Shown here piece after piece: positions 9,701 through 18,513 of a stretch of DNA of 64,000 nt. The translations under genes were made by a program, and so were the position numbers. Each line of letters starts with the position of its first letter. Within the stretch, counting starts at the first letter, position 1. The notes under the pieces were generated by a model. That model was not told the origin of the DNA. It searched no databases and worked only from the letters and a program-made list of their open reading frames with translations. The stretch comes from a virus (lineage: Duplodnaviria > Heunggongvirae > Uroviricota > Caudoviricetes), in the IMG/VR virus record IMGVR_UViG_3300046460_000418; one strand, given 5' to 3'.

Positions 9701-12576
9701 AGGTTGAGAGTCAGCGTATAGTTTTCGCCGGTCAGCAGGTCTTCCCCGTAAATCACGATATCGTTGAAGTAGCCGGTCTGGGTCGCGGCTCCGTTGATCA
9801 TCCCCGCATAAATGCCGGTCGGAACCAGCTGGAGACCCGTGGGCAGCTTTCCGGATACGAGCGTGAACTTGAGATCGCCGACACGATTTTTAATGTCCGG
9901 TGCGAGGAAGGGCTCGCTGCGCTGGTAGTAGACTGTATCGCCGCTATAGCTGAACGAGAAGGTCAGCGGCGGTCCGACATGAATTGTGAAGGGTTCAGTC
10001 TTCTTGATATCGCCAGTCGTGTCGCTGACAACAATCCGGCTGACAAAATCGCCTTCAACGAGCGGCGTGCCATGAACTTGGCCTAGCTGGGCGTCAAACT
10101 TCATACCTTGCGGAAGAACAGAGTCTTCCTCAAGCGTGTAAGTGAACGGTCCGATGCCGTTATCCTTTACGGGCCTGACCTGGAGGGCTTTGCCGACATT
10201 GCCGTTGTACACCGCATCAGCCGTGAGCGCCAACGGTGGCTGAATATGGAAACTGATCGCACCGATTGCTGGAGCGCGGGCGGTATCGTCATCGACCGTG
10301 TAGTTGATCGTGAAGTCGCCAGCTTCTCTGAAGACGCCGTTGACATCGAAGTTATCAAGCGTAATGCCCCAGACATTGTCATCGAGCGCATAGCTAGTTG
10401 GGCCGAACCCATTGCTCACCTTGCCGATATTGAAGTCCTTGAACGAACGATCTGCCGACCAGGTAAACGACCGCGCCAGGTCGCCGTCCAGAGGGTCGAT
10501 GTCCCAAGGCTCGACAACGTGCAGATCGACGGCCAGATCGGCAGTGTACTTGTCTTCATCCGTTGCACGGATGGTGACGGGATAATGCGTACCGATTGGG
10601 TCCGTGGTGGTCCCCGTCAGAAGGCCGCGAACGGTATCAAAAGACAGCGTCGCCGGTATCTTTCCATCGATGATCTTGAAGCTGGCCTTGCCCACACCGT
10701 TGGCGGCTTCGAGGATAGTCGACTTATTGCCGACATAGCGCTGGACACGGTCCTCAAGTAGCGTCAGGGCTATTGGAGCCCGGTCTACGACCGAAATCGT
10801 GAAGGGCTCGGAGACAATCGGTTGATCAAAACCATCCGTCAGACGGACCTGGAAAGTACCCAGATCAGCGATGTCTTTTTGCTCCTTCGGCGTTCCTGAG
10901 AATGTGCCGCTGCGCTCGTCGAATTTCATCCAGGAAGGCAAGGTTCCCTGGACCAGTTCGAATTTTGACGGATCGCGCATGCTCATTGGAGCAATGGTCG
11001 GCCTCACATAGGCTGCGGTGGTTCGCACAAGATCGTAATGAGGTTCGTAGGCAATCGAGAGATCATTGTAGATGCGAATGATCTGGTAGTTATTTTCGAT
11101 CTGACCAACCGCGTTCTGAACGGTCAATTGCTGATCGTATACGCCCGGCTCATCAATACCTTCGGACGAGTAGGTGCCCGTGTTCAGGTCGAAGGAAATT
11201 CTTTTGTCATGGACGTTGGAAGCGTAATTCATCGGCGCAAGAAAACCTTCGGTGACGGAAGGTGGCTTGGTGATAAATGGCTTATTGACCCGCTGATGCA
11301 TGGCCTCCAGATCAACGATCAGTTCATTCGGAAGGACCGTAAATTTAAACGGGTTCGATTGAACAGGATCGATGCCGCTGCCAGAAACCCGGACGATAAT
11401 GTCATTGAACTCCGATGGTGTCGTTGGTGTGCCGCTGATCTTGCCCGTCGTCGGATCGAGCTTGATACCGTTGGGCAACTGGCCCTGGGCGATTTCCCAA
11501 AGCAGCGACACACCTTGAACGCCAGGTGAAAACGACTGGCGGAAGTCTTTGGCGACTGTCGCCCTCAGATCGGGGATATTCGAAAGAGACAAGACGGCGG
11601 GCGTTGTGGTGAGTGCGAAGATATTCGACCGACCTGTCCGGCCATCTGCACTGTCACGGGCCTCGATCTGAAATTTTGCACTCGTATCATAGGCGTCGAA
11701 CACACCGCTGATTTCGCCCTTGTCAGTCGTGAAACCAATGCCGGTCGGTCGGAAGGTTACCGGAACGAGCCGGAACGAAAGTGTTCCAATCTTATGAGGG
11801 ACTTTCGGCGTTACCGCGAAGTCATCACCTTCATTTTTGTCTGCGATCTGATCCTTGATGTCTCGAACGGACGGGCCATCTTCGACCACGAACTGACCGT
11901 AGGTGAAGGCGACTTCACGGTTGAGGTAGTCAAAGCCACGCCATGCGACTGCGTAGTTCCCGGCGGTGCTGGGCGTCCCCTCGAATGCACCGACGCGAGT
12001 TTGCATGCCTTCGGGATTATTCGTGACCGCATCCCAACGAGTAACGGTGACACCTGCGGGGGTCGGTATCTGGGAGAAGAAGTAGCGGCCGGTGTGGTCG
12101 TAGATGTCAATCTGCTGGACATTGCCAGCCGTCTCGAACGTTTCGAAGAAAATCTTGGCGCGGGCTATACGGGTGCCAGATGCGTCAAAGCCATAGTACA
12201 ACGCGTCCTTTTCCTGTTCAGCAGTGGGCTTGCCCTCAAGAAATCCCGAATTGTCTAGCCGAATGCCATCTGGAATGTCGCCCGTTCCCTTTACCCAACG
12301 AACGACATCGCGGGTAGCAACGGGAACTTCGCGGGAAAAATCGTATCCTACAGGGGCAACGAAATAGGCGTCGATATTGTTGCCGATACCATATTGGGTG
12401 GGATCATCAGGATCGCTGGTTCCCGGTTGGCCCGGACCCGCCGGGTCTGAACCGCCCGGAGCGTAATTGATCAAGCCCGTCTTGTATCGATAAATGTATT
12501 CGTTTGACGCGGACGCCGTCAGTGGCGAAAGCGCCAAAGAAGATGCGACCAAAATCGAAAGCAATTTTTTCAACAT
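6784..12576 (-). CDS. Giant secreted repetitive protein, paralog B (1930 aa): Sec signal peptide, conserved N-terminal module, tandem He_PIG-like Ig/cadherin-like repeats, C-terminal discoidin (F5/8 type C)-like domain
   Basis: N-terminus MLKKLLSILVASSLALSPLTASA is a Sec signal. Repeats carry the motif 'LPNGIKLDPTTGKISGTPT', 'LPTGLQLVPTGIYAGMINGAAT', 'FDPVTGQLAGTPDHSFN'. C-terminus has '...YWRVIAVSRF...SSVRVESSMDGLAWKTAG...' resembling the discoidin / galactose-binding fold. RBS-like GAGATAATCT lies before the ATG. Confidence 0.9.
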   Translation of the reverse strand: MLKKLLSILVASSLALSPLTASASNEYIYRYKTGLINYAPGGSDPAGPGQPGTSDPDDPTQYGIGNNIDAYFVAPVGYDFSREVPVATRDVVRWVKGTGDIPDGIRLDNSGFLEGKPTAEQEKDALYYGFDASGTRIARAKIFFETFETAGNVQQIDIYDHTGRYFFSQIPTPAGVTVTRWDAVTNNPEGMQTRVGAFEGTPSTAGNYAVAWRGFDYLNREVAFTYGQFVVEDGPSVRDIKDQIADKNEGDDFAVTPKVPHKIGTLSFRLVPVTFRPTGIGFTTDKGEISGVFDAYDTSAKFQIEARDSADGRTGRSNIFALTTTPAVLSLSNIPDLRATVAKDFRQSFSPGVQGVSLLWEIAQGQLPNGIKLDPTTGKISGTPTTPSEFNDIIVRVSGSGIDPVQSNPFKFTVLPNELIVDLEAMHQRVNKPFITKPPSVTEGFLAPMNYASNVHDKRISFDLNTGTYSSEGIDEPGVYDQQLTVQNAVGQIENNYQIIRIYNDLSIAYEPHYDLVRTTAAYVRPTIAPMSMRDPSKFELVQGTLPSWMKFDERSGTFSGTPKEQKDIADLGTFQVRLTDGFDQPIVSEPFTISVVDRAPIALTLLEDRVQRYVGNKSTILEAANGVGKASFKIIDGKIPATLSFDTVRGLLTGTTTDPIGTHYPVTIRATDEDKYTADLAVDLHVVEPWDIDPLDGDLARSFTWSADRSFKDFNIGKVSNGFGPTSYALDDNVWGITLDNFDVNGVFREAGDFTINYTVDDDTARAPAIGAISFHIQPPLALTADAVYNGNVGKALQVRPVKDNGIGPFTYTLEEDSVLPQGMKFDAQLGQVHGTPLVEGDFVSRIVVSDTTGDIKKTEPFTIHVGPPLTFSFSYSGDTVYYQRSEPFLAPDIKNRVGDLKFTLVSGKLPTGLQLVPTGIYAGMINGAATQTGYFNDIVIYGEDLLTGENYTLTLNLRVTKFGSVALADQTNNVRRGAAAKEYPALAGNLVDPYSFALSGDYSSLPGTVLINTTTGTLTAAFYEVDDFEVATKVTDLFNRSAENTVLFHVVDDLKASTPEDMPFQRFVQKQGSVTVENRIGRLSYAMAPDSTALPDGLTLNSSSGVIQGIAIESGVTSGYRIIVTDDFDGQTASTGYFSISISERPQPQIVSKSEQTALMGKLYAIKLMKTGTVGDISWQMLTSASLLPPGLSFQSETGAIVGTATELGTSEPITIKLTDTYNGEAISTTKNFIFTVKLDGSPILMEVPTEIKARIGFPLTTGIPDVKNTIGDIEWSVSGAEDTGLAFDPVTGQLAGTPDHSFNTSVVVSISDLTGRSTSKTIHIQVFGAITVSMQAESDLIYNYDYKDSNGPNPSVTTISGQPAWSIVDPSKLPKGLSLETGTGKFLGKPLQVGAFGPIRLAVHDDLPGVGYSAPFFFTVFMNDDPIELEVQSLTTKVGFPITTAVPFIDNTLGDYYLYSLDLDGTSLSVNRDTGVVTGSFSTPQDRTVNLSITDTTNRVTSKPLALNVLPLMRIVAPSIIAPTAQEEMDDVFITRNFVVGSADWKLENASALPPGVTFDEAKGVFQGTPTASGTFGPVYVTSTDSLGDTGRSDPITFRVEPGALYLTLDSGPLQQATKRIETYSFDLKQYMTAIGFSESGLNWTWNTAGTKLPPGLSLSNGVVSGVATEPGTYNFRVTVTGPSRTASAVYSLIVVTPQVGLQLATADMPEGTTADTLKFDFKPLANATNISLSSLTWSVSGLNLATIQDGVLTEPLEQVAIPDGADFVDQSFTVTARFQDGDETVTATQSYTVRVTKQVEGATYWRVIAVSRFTTPTGSVGFSRLDLRDAALVSAKTMTSNIVSISSSIGAGSSSNYGATIGSSIANVQFIQPVDIRRLYLGHSSSSTSGKLSSVRVESSMDGLAWKTAGTFSLTSAATGTFVFSW

Positions 12577-12761
12577 AGATTATCTCAGATGTTCCCACAC
12601 GCGAAATGTTAATGTTGCCCAAACCCTGAAACAACCAGAAATGTTTCGATACGCACCAATTAAACCAATGAAAAGTAAGGGGTTTGTGGAAAATATCGGC
12701 TCTGCAATTTCGAAAAATTCGAAGCTCGTCAACGTATTGGCGGCACCAATTTTTGTGATCG

Positions 12762-12947
12762 ATGACGCCCTTAACGCAGGAGTTTCACAAGGAAATCGCC
12801 GACGGTCGGGGAATTAGAATACAACAGGTCGACTTCGACGACCTGGCCGGTGTGATGGCAACCATCGTCGACACCTATCCTTCGAACCGAATGACCCAAG
12901 CGATCAAAGCATCGCTTGAACGCTGGGCATCGGGCCCATCAATCTGA
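12762..12947 (+). pseudogene. C-terminal remnant (~60 aa) of a sixth member of the P-family (see 13010-18453)
   Basis: Translation '...DDLAGVMATIVDTYPSNRMTQAIKASLERWASGPSI' aligns to the P1 C-terminus 'DEVAGTMQEMLPHLARKDLKQEKGVRAAIGRWNLRPTDLTASGPRI' (D[DE][LV]AG[VT]M..., RW..., ASGP[RS]I-COOH). There is no N-terminal body. It lies in the 430-nt gap between gene B and P1. Confidence 0.5.
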
Positions 12948-13009
12948 GATCAGCTTGTCGCTTACGCAATTTGACCTAAAGATGAACTGTGCAGGCAAGA
13001 GAGAATATC

Positions 13010-14113
13010 GTGACAACGATCCAATATCCCATCCCATATGAGCTGAGTGCCAAATTCGGCAAGAACAGAACTCATAAACCAATCGTCATCGCAGACACAC
13101 TTGAATGCGATATCAAGGATGTGGCGGCAACCGAGACACAGGTTGCGGTATCGGCCGCAATGACATGGGCAACCGGCGGTTTGCCGGGGCAGGGACCAGA
13201 TGGATTCTCGGTTCACGGATACCCGGTCGTCAATGACAGGAACCCAAAGGTCGACATTCGCCTCTACAACGAAAGCTTTTATGCGCCGGTCATGAAGTTT
13301 TCACTGCTCAACGAAGATGCAGGTCAAAGCGCCCGGCCCATCGACCTGCAGGACCCCGTCAACAATCAGTTCGCGCTCGCGACCCCCTTTTCGAGACCAT
13401 ACGAAAATTTGCCCCATCAGCTGAGACTCGATCTCGAAAGGCAGTCGCTTGGACGTATCCACCGGTATGAAGACTCGCAGATCAAGGAAGTAGCCGAGGT
13501 CGGCAATTCAAGAGACGCCATCGTTGAAATGGCGCAGGAACAATTGGCGGAATTCATCGCAATTGAAGGCGTGCTGTGGCAAAGGTTGATTGCAGAGCCT
13601 CGCATACGATATCAGCGACAGCTCGTCCTCGACGGCGACGATCAGCTGAGAGGTGTCATGGTTTTCGAACTGGCTGCAAACCAAACCAAGGTTGCTCACG
13701 CTTTCCACTCTGGTATTTTCAACATCAACCGATTGCAGGATGCTGTCGAGCATATCAACGACCACTTTCCTGACCACGAGCACATCTTCCTGTTCGATGG
13801 GCTCGATGTCAAAATCGAAGACGCTTTCACTCTCTCCGAAGAGGCCGATGCTTTGACGGAAAGTGCGATGAAAGTTGTTCGGGATCTGTCAAAATACCGG
13901 GAGTATCTGGTCCCTGAGCTTCTTGAGGCAGTAAACCGGTTGAATTGGCTGGTCCTCAACGACAAAGACCTGGATGAGGTTGCTGGAACCATGCAAGAGA
14001 TGCTGCCACACCTTGCAAGGAAAGACCTGAAGCAGGAAAAAGGCGTTCGAGCAGCGATTGGGCGTTGGAATCTGAGGCCGACTGATCTGACCGCATCAGG
14101 TCCCAGAATTTAG
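13010..14113 (+). CDS. P-family paralog 1 (uncharacterised ~365-aa protein; first gene of a 5-gene tandem paralog operon)
   Basis: GTG at 13010 preceded by AAGAGAG gives MTTIQYPIPYEL, matching the M-[TA]-x-V-x-[YF]-P-x-P-Y starts of the other four paralogs. Shared motifs: FEGxFYAP, W[AS]TPFxxPY, IEGxLWxxLxxEPxxRY, F[RT]LDRxxDCxDH, FDDE and the C-terminal RWNLRP...GPRI. The track start at 12989 is an upstream in-frame GTG. Confidence 0.8.
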   Translation: MTTIQYPIPYELSAKFGKNRTHKPIVIADTLECDIKDVAATETQVAVSAAMTWATGGLPGQGPDGFSVHGYPVVNDRNPKVDIRLYNESFYAPVMKFSLLNEDAGQSARPIDLQDPVNNQFALATPFSRPYENLPHQLRLDLERQSLGRIHRYEDSQIKEVAEVGNSRDAIVEMAQEQLAEFIAIEGVLWQRLIAEPRIRYQRQLVLDGDDQLRGVMVFELAANQTKVAHAFHSGIFNINRLQDAVEHINDHFPDHEHIFLFDGLDVKIEDAFTLSEEADALTESAMKVVRDLSKYREYLVPELLEAVNRLNWLVLNDKDLDEVAGTMQEMLPHLARKDLKQEKGVRAAIGRWNLRPTDLTASGPRI

Positions 14114-14123
14114 GAGCCCGACC

Positions 14124-15197
14124 ATGACTAACGTTAAGTACCCTCTTCCTTATGCTCTCTACGCCGTTTGGGGTTCATTTCGAAAGCCCAACACAATTCG
14201 GATATCAGATGAGGTAAACCTCGATATCCGAGAGGCAAGAGAGGATGAAGCTCCGATAGTAATGAAGTGCCGGACAGCCTGGCCGACGTCGAGCCTGCCA
14301 GGGCAAGAGGCTGATGACGATGGTCATCGCCATTTGATCAACCCGCAGGCTGAGTTCCGTTTCTTCGAAGGGGCTTTTTATGCGCCACTGATGATTTTCA
14401 AGAAGGTAAGGATTGGACCGGCTGAGTTCGTCACGCCCGCAGATTTCGAACGTCTCGAAACGGACGGCCACCTTTGGGCAACCCCGTTTTCGACCCCATA
14501 CTCGTCCCACGTTTTCGCAAGGAACCTGCTGATCGACCATGACAACGGCCTGCTGCCGAGCCTCGCCCAAGCCAAACTGCGCGAAATCCATTCAAAGGGC
14601 GACCCAAGGGAAATGGCCCTTGAAGCAGCGAAATCCGACCTGCACAACTGCCTGATCGTCGATAACAGGGCTTATCGGCGTTTGGCTGAAGAACCCGTGC
14701 TCCGCTATCGGGTCTCTTCGGGCAGGGCGACGGTTACACTCGAAGAGAAGGTCGATCCCTTCCGGCTTCGCTACGACAATTCCGGATACTTCAGGCTCGA
14801 CCGCTTCGACGACTGCATCGACCACCTCTCTGCGACATATCCAGAGGCGGAAATCTTCCTGAATGTCGACAAGATCACCTTTGACCCTGATATCCAGCTG
14901 AAGTTCGACGATGAAGCCTTGTCCATGTTGATTCTGGCCACCGATCTTGAAGACAAACTTCGTTTCCACGGGGATTGCGGCGCAGAGTTGGAAGCCCTCA
15001 AGTCAAAGCTTTCGGCTTATGGTGACCTGCCCTTCTCGGAGCAGTTTGCCAAGGCCGAGGACATCTCTGGCGTGGTCGAGCGCATACTCGATCTCGCTGG
15101 ACCTGACCTTGATATCCCACCGGAAATGCGCTCGGACCTTCGTCGTTGGAACTTGCGGCCAGTCGAGGCAGGATTGTCCGCATCGCCTGGAATATAA
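14124..15197 (+). CDS. P-family paralog 2 (357 aa)
   Basis: ATG with GGAG 7 nt upstream, 10 nt after the P1 stop. Carries all family motifs (FEGAFYAPLMIF, WATPFSTPY, FRLDRFDDCIDHL, FDDEALS, ...RRWNLRPVEAGLSASPGI). Confidence 0.85.
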   Translation: MTNVKYPLPYALYAVWGSFRKPNTIRISDEVNLDIREAREDEAPIVMKCRTAWPTSSLPGQEADDDGHRHLINPQAEFRFFEGAFYAPLMIFKKVRIGPAEFVTPADFERLETDGHLWATPFSTPYSSHVFARNLLIDHDNGLLPSLAQAKLREIHSKGDPREMALEAAKSDLHNCLIVDNRAYRRLAEEPVLRYRVSSGRATVTLEEKVDPFRLRYDNSGYFRLDRFDDCIDHLSATYPEAEIFLNVDKITFDPDIQLKFDDEALSMLILATDLEDKLRFHGDCGAELEALKSKLSAYGDLPFSEQFAKAEDISGVVERILDLAGPDLDIPPEMRSDLRRWNLRPVEAGLSASPGI

Positions 15198-15208
15198 GAG
15201 CCGCTGCC

Positions 15209-16231
15209 ATGACAAATGTCATCTTCCCCGTCCCCTACAAAGTCGACGCGGTCTTCGACAAGTTTCGCAATCCCCGTGAAATCGAGATTGCCGATCACGC
15301 GACACTTGAGATCAGAGATGTGTCCAAACTGGATGCGCCGGTTCTCGTGTCCCTGCAGGCCTCCTACCATAACCACAGATACGATCTGGAGGCTTCATAC
15401 GACAGCTACCCGAGGACTGAATTGAGAATGTTCGAGGGTGAGTGGTACGCCCCACTCCTGCGATTTCCAAAGGATGGTGAGATGCGGGCTGTAACCCCAG
15501 ATGACTTCTCGGAATATTTTTCGCCCGAAGCCCTCTGGTCAACCGTCGTGAATTCAACCGGCTATGCTGCGGACGGCCCGGAATCGCGGATTCGTCGCCA
15601 GCAGGCGGGGCGATTCCCGACGCTCGAAGAGGCCAAGCTTCGCAAGGTAGAGAAGCTCGATGAAAAGCGGGAAGAGGCGAAGGCCTGGGCACGGAAAGAG
15701 CTTGAAAACTTCATCAATGTCGAAGGAACAGTCTACGAGAAGCTCAAGGGCGAGCCCGCGCTCCAATACTGGAAGATCGGCGCGGATAGTGCCGTCGTTC
15801 TGAACATCAGTATCGGACGTACATTCAGCCGAGACGATGTCGGCTACTTCACGCTCGACCGGCTCGATGACTGCCTTGAGCATATCGGCAATCTCTTCCC
15901 AGGCCGGAAGTTGATGCGCCAATTCGGTGATATTCAGATCGAAAATGGGGTCGAGTTTACTTATGACGACGAAGGAATGGCAATTCGAGGTGCCCTCAGC
16001 GATGTGAAGTCGGCCCTGTTCTGGGAACGAAACCTTGATGAAGGTTTGCTGGAATTAAAAACCCGCGTTGACGCATTCAACGAGGAACAAGGCGAAGACC
16101 TCGACTCTATCGCCGACCTTGTCCAGGAATTCGTTCAACGAACCAAGCCGGATTTCAAGAAGCGCGATGCTGTTGTTGCAGCCATCACGCGTTGGGAAAT
16201 GCGCCCGATGGACACAGGTTTCAGGATTTAA
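15209..16231 (+). CDS. P-family paralog 3 (340 aa)
   Basis: ATG at 15209 gives MTNVIFPVPYKV, 11 nt after the P2 stop. The longer track ORF from 15146 overlaps P2 and is not supported by paralog alignment. Motifs present: FEGEWYAPLL, FTLDRLDDCLEHI, YDDEGMA, ...TRWEMRPMDTGFRI. Confidence 0.85.
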   Translation: MTNVIFPVPYKVDAVFDKFRNPREIEIADHATLEIRDVSKLDAPVLVSLQASYHNHRYDLEASYDSYPRTELRMFEGEWYAPLLRFPKDGEMRAVTPDDFSEYFSPEALWSTVVNSTGYAADGPESRIRRQQAGRFPTLEEAKLRKVEKLDEKREEAKAWARKELENFINVEGTVYEKLKGEPALQYWKIGADSAVVLNISIGRTFSRDDVGYFTLDRLDDCLEHIGNLFPGRKLMRQFGDIQIENGVEFTYDDEGMAIRGALSDVKSALFWERNLDEGLLELKTRVDAFNEEQGEDLDSIADLVQEFVQRTKPDFKKRDAVVAAITRWEMRPMDTGFRI

Positions 16232-16233
16232 GC

Positions 16234-17313
16234 ATGGCTCAGGTTACATATCCCATCCCTTACTTGGTGAGGGCAACCCTAAACGGCCAGCGGCGCATGG
16301 TCGACGTGGCTGACGAGATCGGCCGGGAAATCCGCGACGTTGAAGACCTCGATGCTCCAGTGGTTCTTATGTGCAAGCTCAACAGCCCAAGCCGCAATAT
16401 TCATGAGCCCGTCTGCGACCGGCCCGCAGTGTTCCGGTCTTTCGAGGGAAAGATTTACGCGCCGTGCATGGTGGTCTCAAAAGCCTTTGAAGCCGTCGAA
16501 CAGAGGCAGCTTGTACCGACTGACATCGCCAATCTGGCTCAGCAGGAATTTTACTGGTCTACCCCCTTCGACAAGCAGTATCCGCACCAGGCAAATCAGG
16601 GCGGTAACTTGTCTCTCCCGGCAGAGCGGCTGAGAAAATACCAGGTGGGTGAACTCCCTCGTCTTGACCAGCTGCCAGTCCGCAACAGCCGGACCGGAAG
16701 CGACGGTCGATCTGCGGCCATTGCGGCTGCCGAGGCAGACTTGGCAAAATATATCTCCATCGAAGGAAAACTGTGGCGGCAGACGCTTGAGCCGGTCATT
16801 CGCTATATGCGTTTTACCCAAGGCACCACCCTGATCTATCTGGCCGAGAACAAAGACATTCTGGAGCAAACGGAGGCTCGGGGTGCGTTCAGGATCGACC
16901 GAATGCAGGATTGTCTGGACCATGTGGCGGCCTTCACGACATCTCAGTCAGGTAAACCTGATGCCTACCTATTCCATGTCGCCGACATCGTCGTTGAGGA
17001 TTCCAGCGCGTTCACATTCGATGATGAGAAGGATAGCATCCTCAGGCTTTCGAACCGACTCTATGACCACCTATTCTACCAAGCGATCATGCATGAAGAC
17101 ACCATGACGCCCGATCAGCGCACTTCAATTCTCGTGATGAAGGACGCAATGGAAAGACGATCCGATGAAGATGTCGAGAAACTGGCGGAGATCATTCGCG
17201 ACTTCTCGAACGACTGGCCAGTTCCCACCTTCCCGTTGCCAGCTGATGTGCCGCTGCTACTGGAACGATGGGACCTACGCCCGGCCGGTCAGAACGCCGG
17301 AATGAAAATTTAA
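16234..17313 (+). CDS. P-family paralog 4 (359 aa)
   Basis: ATG at 16234 gives MAQVTYPIPYLV, 2 nt after the P3 stop. Motifs present: FEGKIYAPCM, WSTPFDKQYP, FRIDRMQDCLDHV, FDDEKDS, ...ERWDLRPAGQNAGMKI. Confidence 0.85.
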   Translation: MAQVTYPIPYLVRATLNGQRRMVDVADEIGREIRDVEDLDAPVVLMCKLNSPSRNIHEPVCDRPAVFRSFEGKIYAPCMVVSKAFEAVEQRQLVPTDIANLAQQEFYWSTPFDKQYPHQANQGGNLSLPAERLRKYQVGELPRLDQLPVRNSRTGSDGRSAAIAAAEADLAKYISIEGKLWRQTLEPVIRYMRFTQGTTLIYLAENKDILEQTEARGAFRIDRMQDCLDHVAAFTTSQSGKPDAYLFHVADIVVEDSSAFTFDDEKDSILRLSNRLYDHLFYQAIMHEDTMTPDQRTSILVMKDAMERRSDEDVEKLAEIIRDFSNDWPVPTFPLPADVPLLLERWDLRPAGQNAGMKI

Positions 17314-17322
17314 GGACCAAAA

Positions 17323-18453
17323 ATGGCCGACGTAATTTATCCAGTACCCTATTCGATCATCGCGCAGGTTGGCCGCAAATCGAAGTTCGAGCGCTATGAA
17401 ATCTCCGACGAGATGAGGGTCACTATCCCGACGGTCGAAGCAGACGCTGCACCAATCGTTATTTCACTGGACAAGGTATGGCCGTTGCGAGGGCTGCAGG
17501 GTCAGCCTCCGGAGCGCTGGAACCGGGCTGACGATTTGCAAGCCTGCATTGCCGCCAATCCGACCGTGAAGCTGCGCCAGCATGAGGGGCGTTTCTTTGC
17601 GCAAATGATGATTTTTGGAAAAGAAAACTATATCGGCGAGCCCAGGTGGGCGAAGCCACTGGACCTTGCTGATATCGGTGATCACCGGGTTGTCTGGGCG
17701 AACGGATTCCAGCGGCCCTACGATTACCATACTACGCGCTCAAACAGCTGGGAATCCGACACCGAGTTGCATTTGCATCATCGCGACGGCGGCCTGATGT
17801 GGACCGGAGACAAGAAGATCAAGGCATTGGAGGCGGGCCAGGAGAACCGGCGATCCGAGGCTTTTGAGAAGGCCGCTGCTGATGCCCTGGCCTATCTTGA
17901 AATCGATGGCCATCTCTGGCGGGCAATCGATGGTGAACCGGTTTTCAAGTATCGTATCCAGAACGGCGCGATTGAGATCGAGATCACCGATGACCACTAT
18001 CTCAACAGCTCGGTCGAGCAAGGTGTCTTCCGGCTAGACCGTCACCAGGATTGCCTGGACCATATCCGGGAGATTACTGCAGCCCTTTGTTATCCTGAAT
18101 GGCCCATCATGGAGGGTTTTGACAATCTGCAGATCAGTCCGGCATGTGAACTGGCGTTCGACGACGAAGCTGCAACGCTGCTCGCAATGGCACATGCCAC
18201 GGTCCTCAAGATGGAGCGCTTCATGAAGGGAGTAGGCTTGCAGCAGACGCCTGCCGAAATGCAGAAGGTCTACAAGAAGCTGTTCGATCTGATGGGGCCT
18301 GGATATGAAGGCCGGGTCGACGAAATCAGTGAGACCCTTGAAAATAGCCGCAGCGTTTGGCCGCACGAAAACTACGAAGCTTCCGGGATAGGCCTTGCCC
18401 TCAATCGCTGGAACATGCGGCCGGTTGCAGAAAGTGACGCCTTCAAAATTTAG
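17323..18453 (+). CDS. P-family paralog 5 (376 aa)
   Basis: AAGGACC RBS + ATG, 9 nt after the P4 stop. MADVIYPVPYSI. Motifs present: HEGRFFAQMM, FRLDRHQDCLDHI, FDDEAAT, ...NRWNMRPVAESDAFKI. Confidence 0.85.
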   Translation: MADVIYPVPYSIIAQVGRKSKFERYEISDEMRVTIPTVEADAAPIVISLDKVWPLRGLQGQPPERWNRADDLQACIAANPTVKLRQHEGRFFAQMMIFGKENYIGEPRWAKPLDLADIGDHRVVWANGFQRPYDYHTTRSNSWESDTELHLHHRDGGLMWTGDKKIKALEAGQENRRSEAFEKAAADALAYLEIDGHLWRAIDGEPVFKYRIQNGAIEIEITDDHYLNSSVEQGVFRLDRHQDCLDHIREITAALCYPEWPIMEGFDNLQISPACELAFDDEAATLLAMAHATVLKMERFMKGVGLQQTPAEMQKVYKKLFDLMGPGYEGRVDEISETLENSRSVWPHENYEASGIGLALNRWNMRPVAESDAFKI

Positions 18454-18513
18454 AAGCGTTTGACCTTGTCTCCGCGAGACGCTCACAATGGGCGATTACG
18501 TTGAGGATCGACC

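Noticed and set aside
10108-10761. 217-aa + strand ORF, one of many 60-370-aa ORFs antisense to or out of frame within the giant genes (also 8668-9084, 48999-49466, 51549-52325, 62792-63895 at 367 aa, and others)
   Set aside because: They lie entirely inside the long, repeat-supported minus-strand reading frames. High-GC DNA generates long shadow ORFs. They have no RBS or paralog support and Arg/Gly/Ala-rich shadow composition.
12577-12650. Shared TGAGATAAT/ATTATCTCA motif and duplicated GAAATGTT upstream of giant genes B and C as possible regulator sites
   Set aside because: Only 8-9 nt, in opposite orientations relative to the two genes, and absent upstream of gene A. Too weak to call without a genome-wide motif search.
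12494-12817. 107-aa + ORF spanning the start of gene B and the B/P1 intergenic region
   Set aside because: Its first third is antisense to the signal-peptide coding region of gene B. There is no RBS or recognisable homology. Only the separate 12762-12947 frame shows P-family similarity.
15146-16231. Track start for P3 at 15146 (and 16192 for P4, 12989 for P1), which would overlap the preceding paralog
   Set aside because: Alignment of the five paralogs shows the conserved N-terminus M-x-x-V-x-[YF]-P-x-P-Y begins at 15209, 16234 and 13010 respectively. The upstream extensions are alternative-start artefacts.
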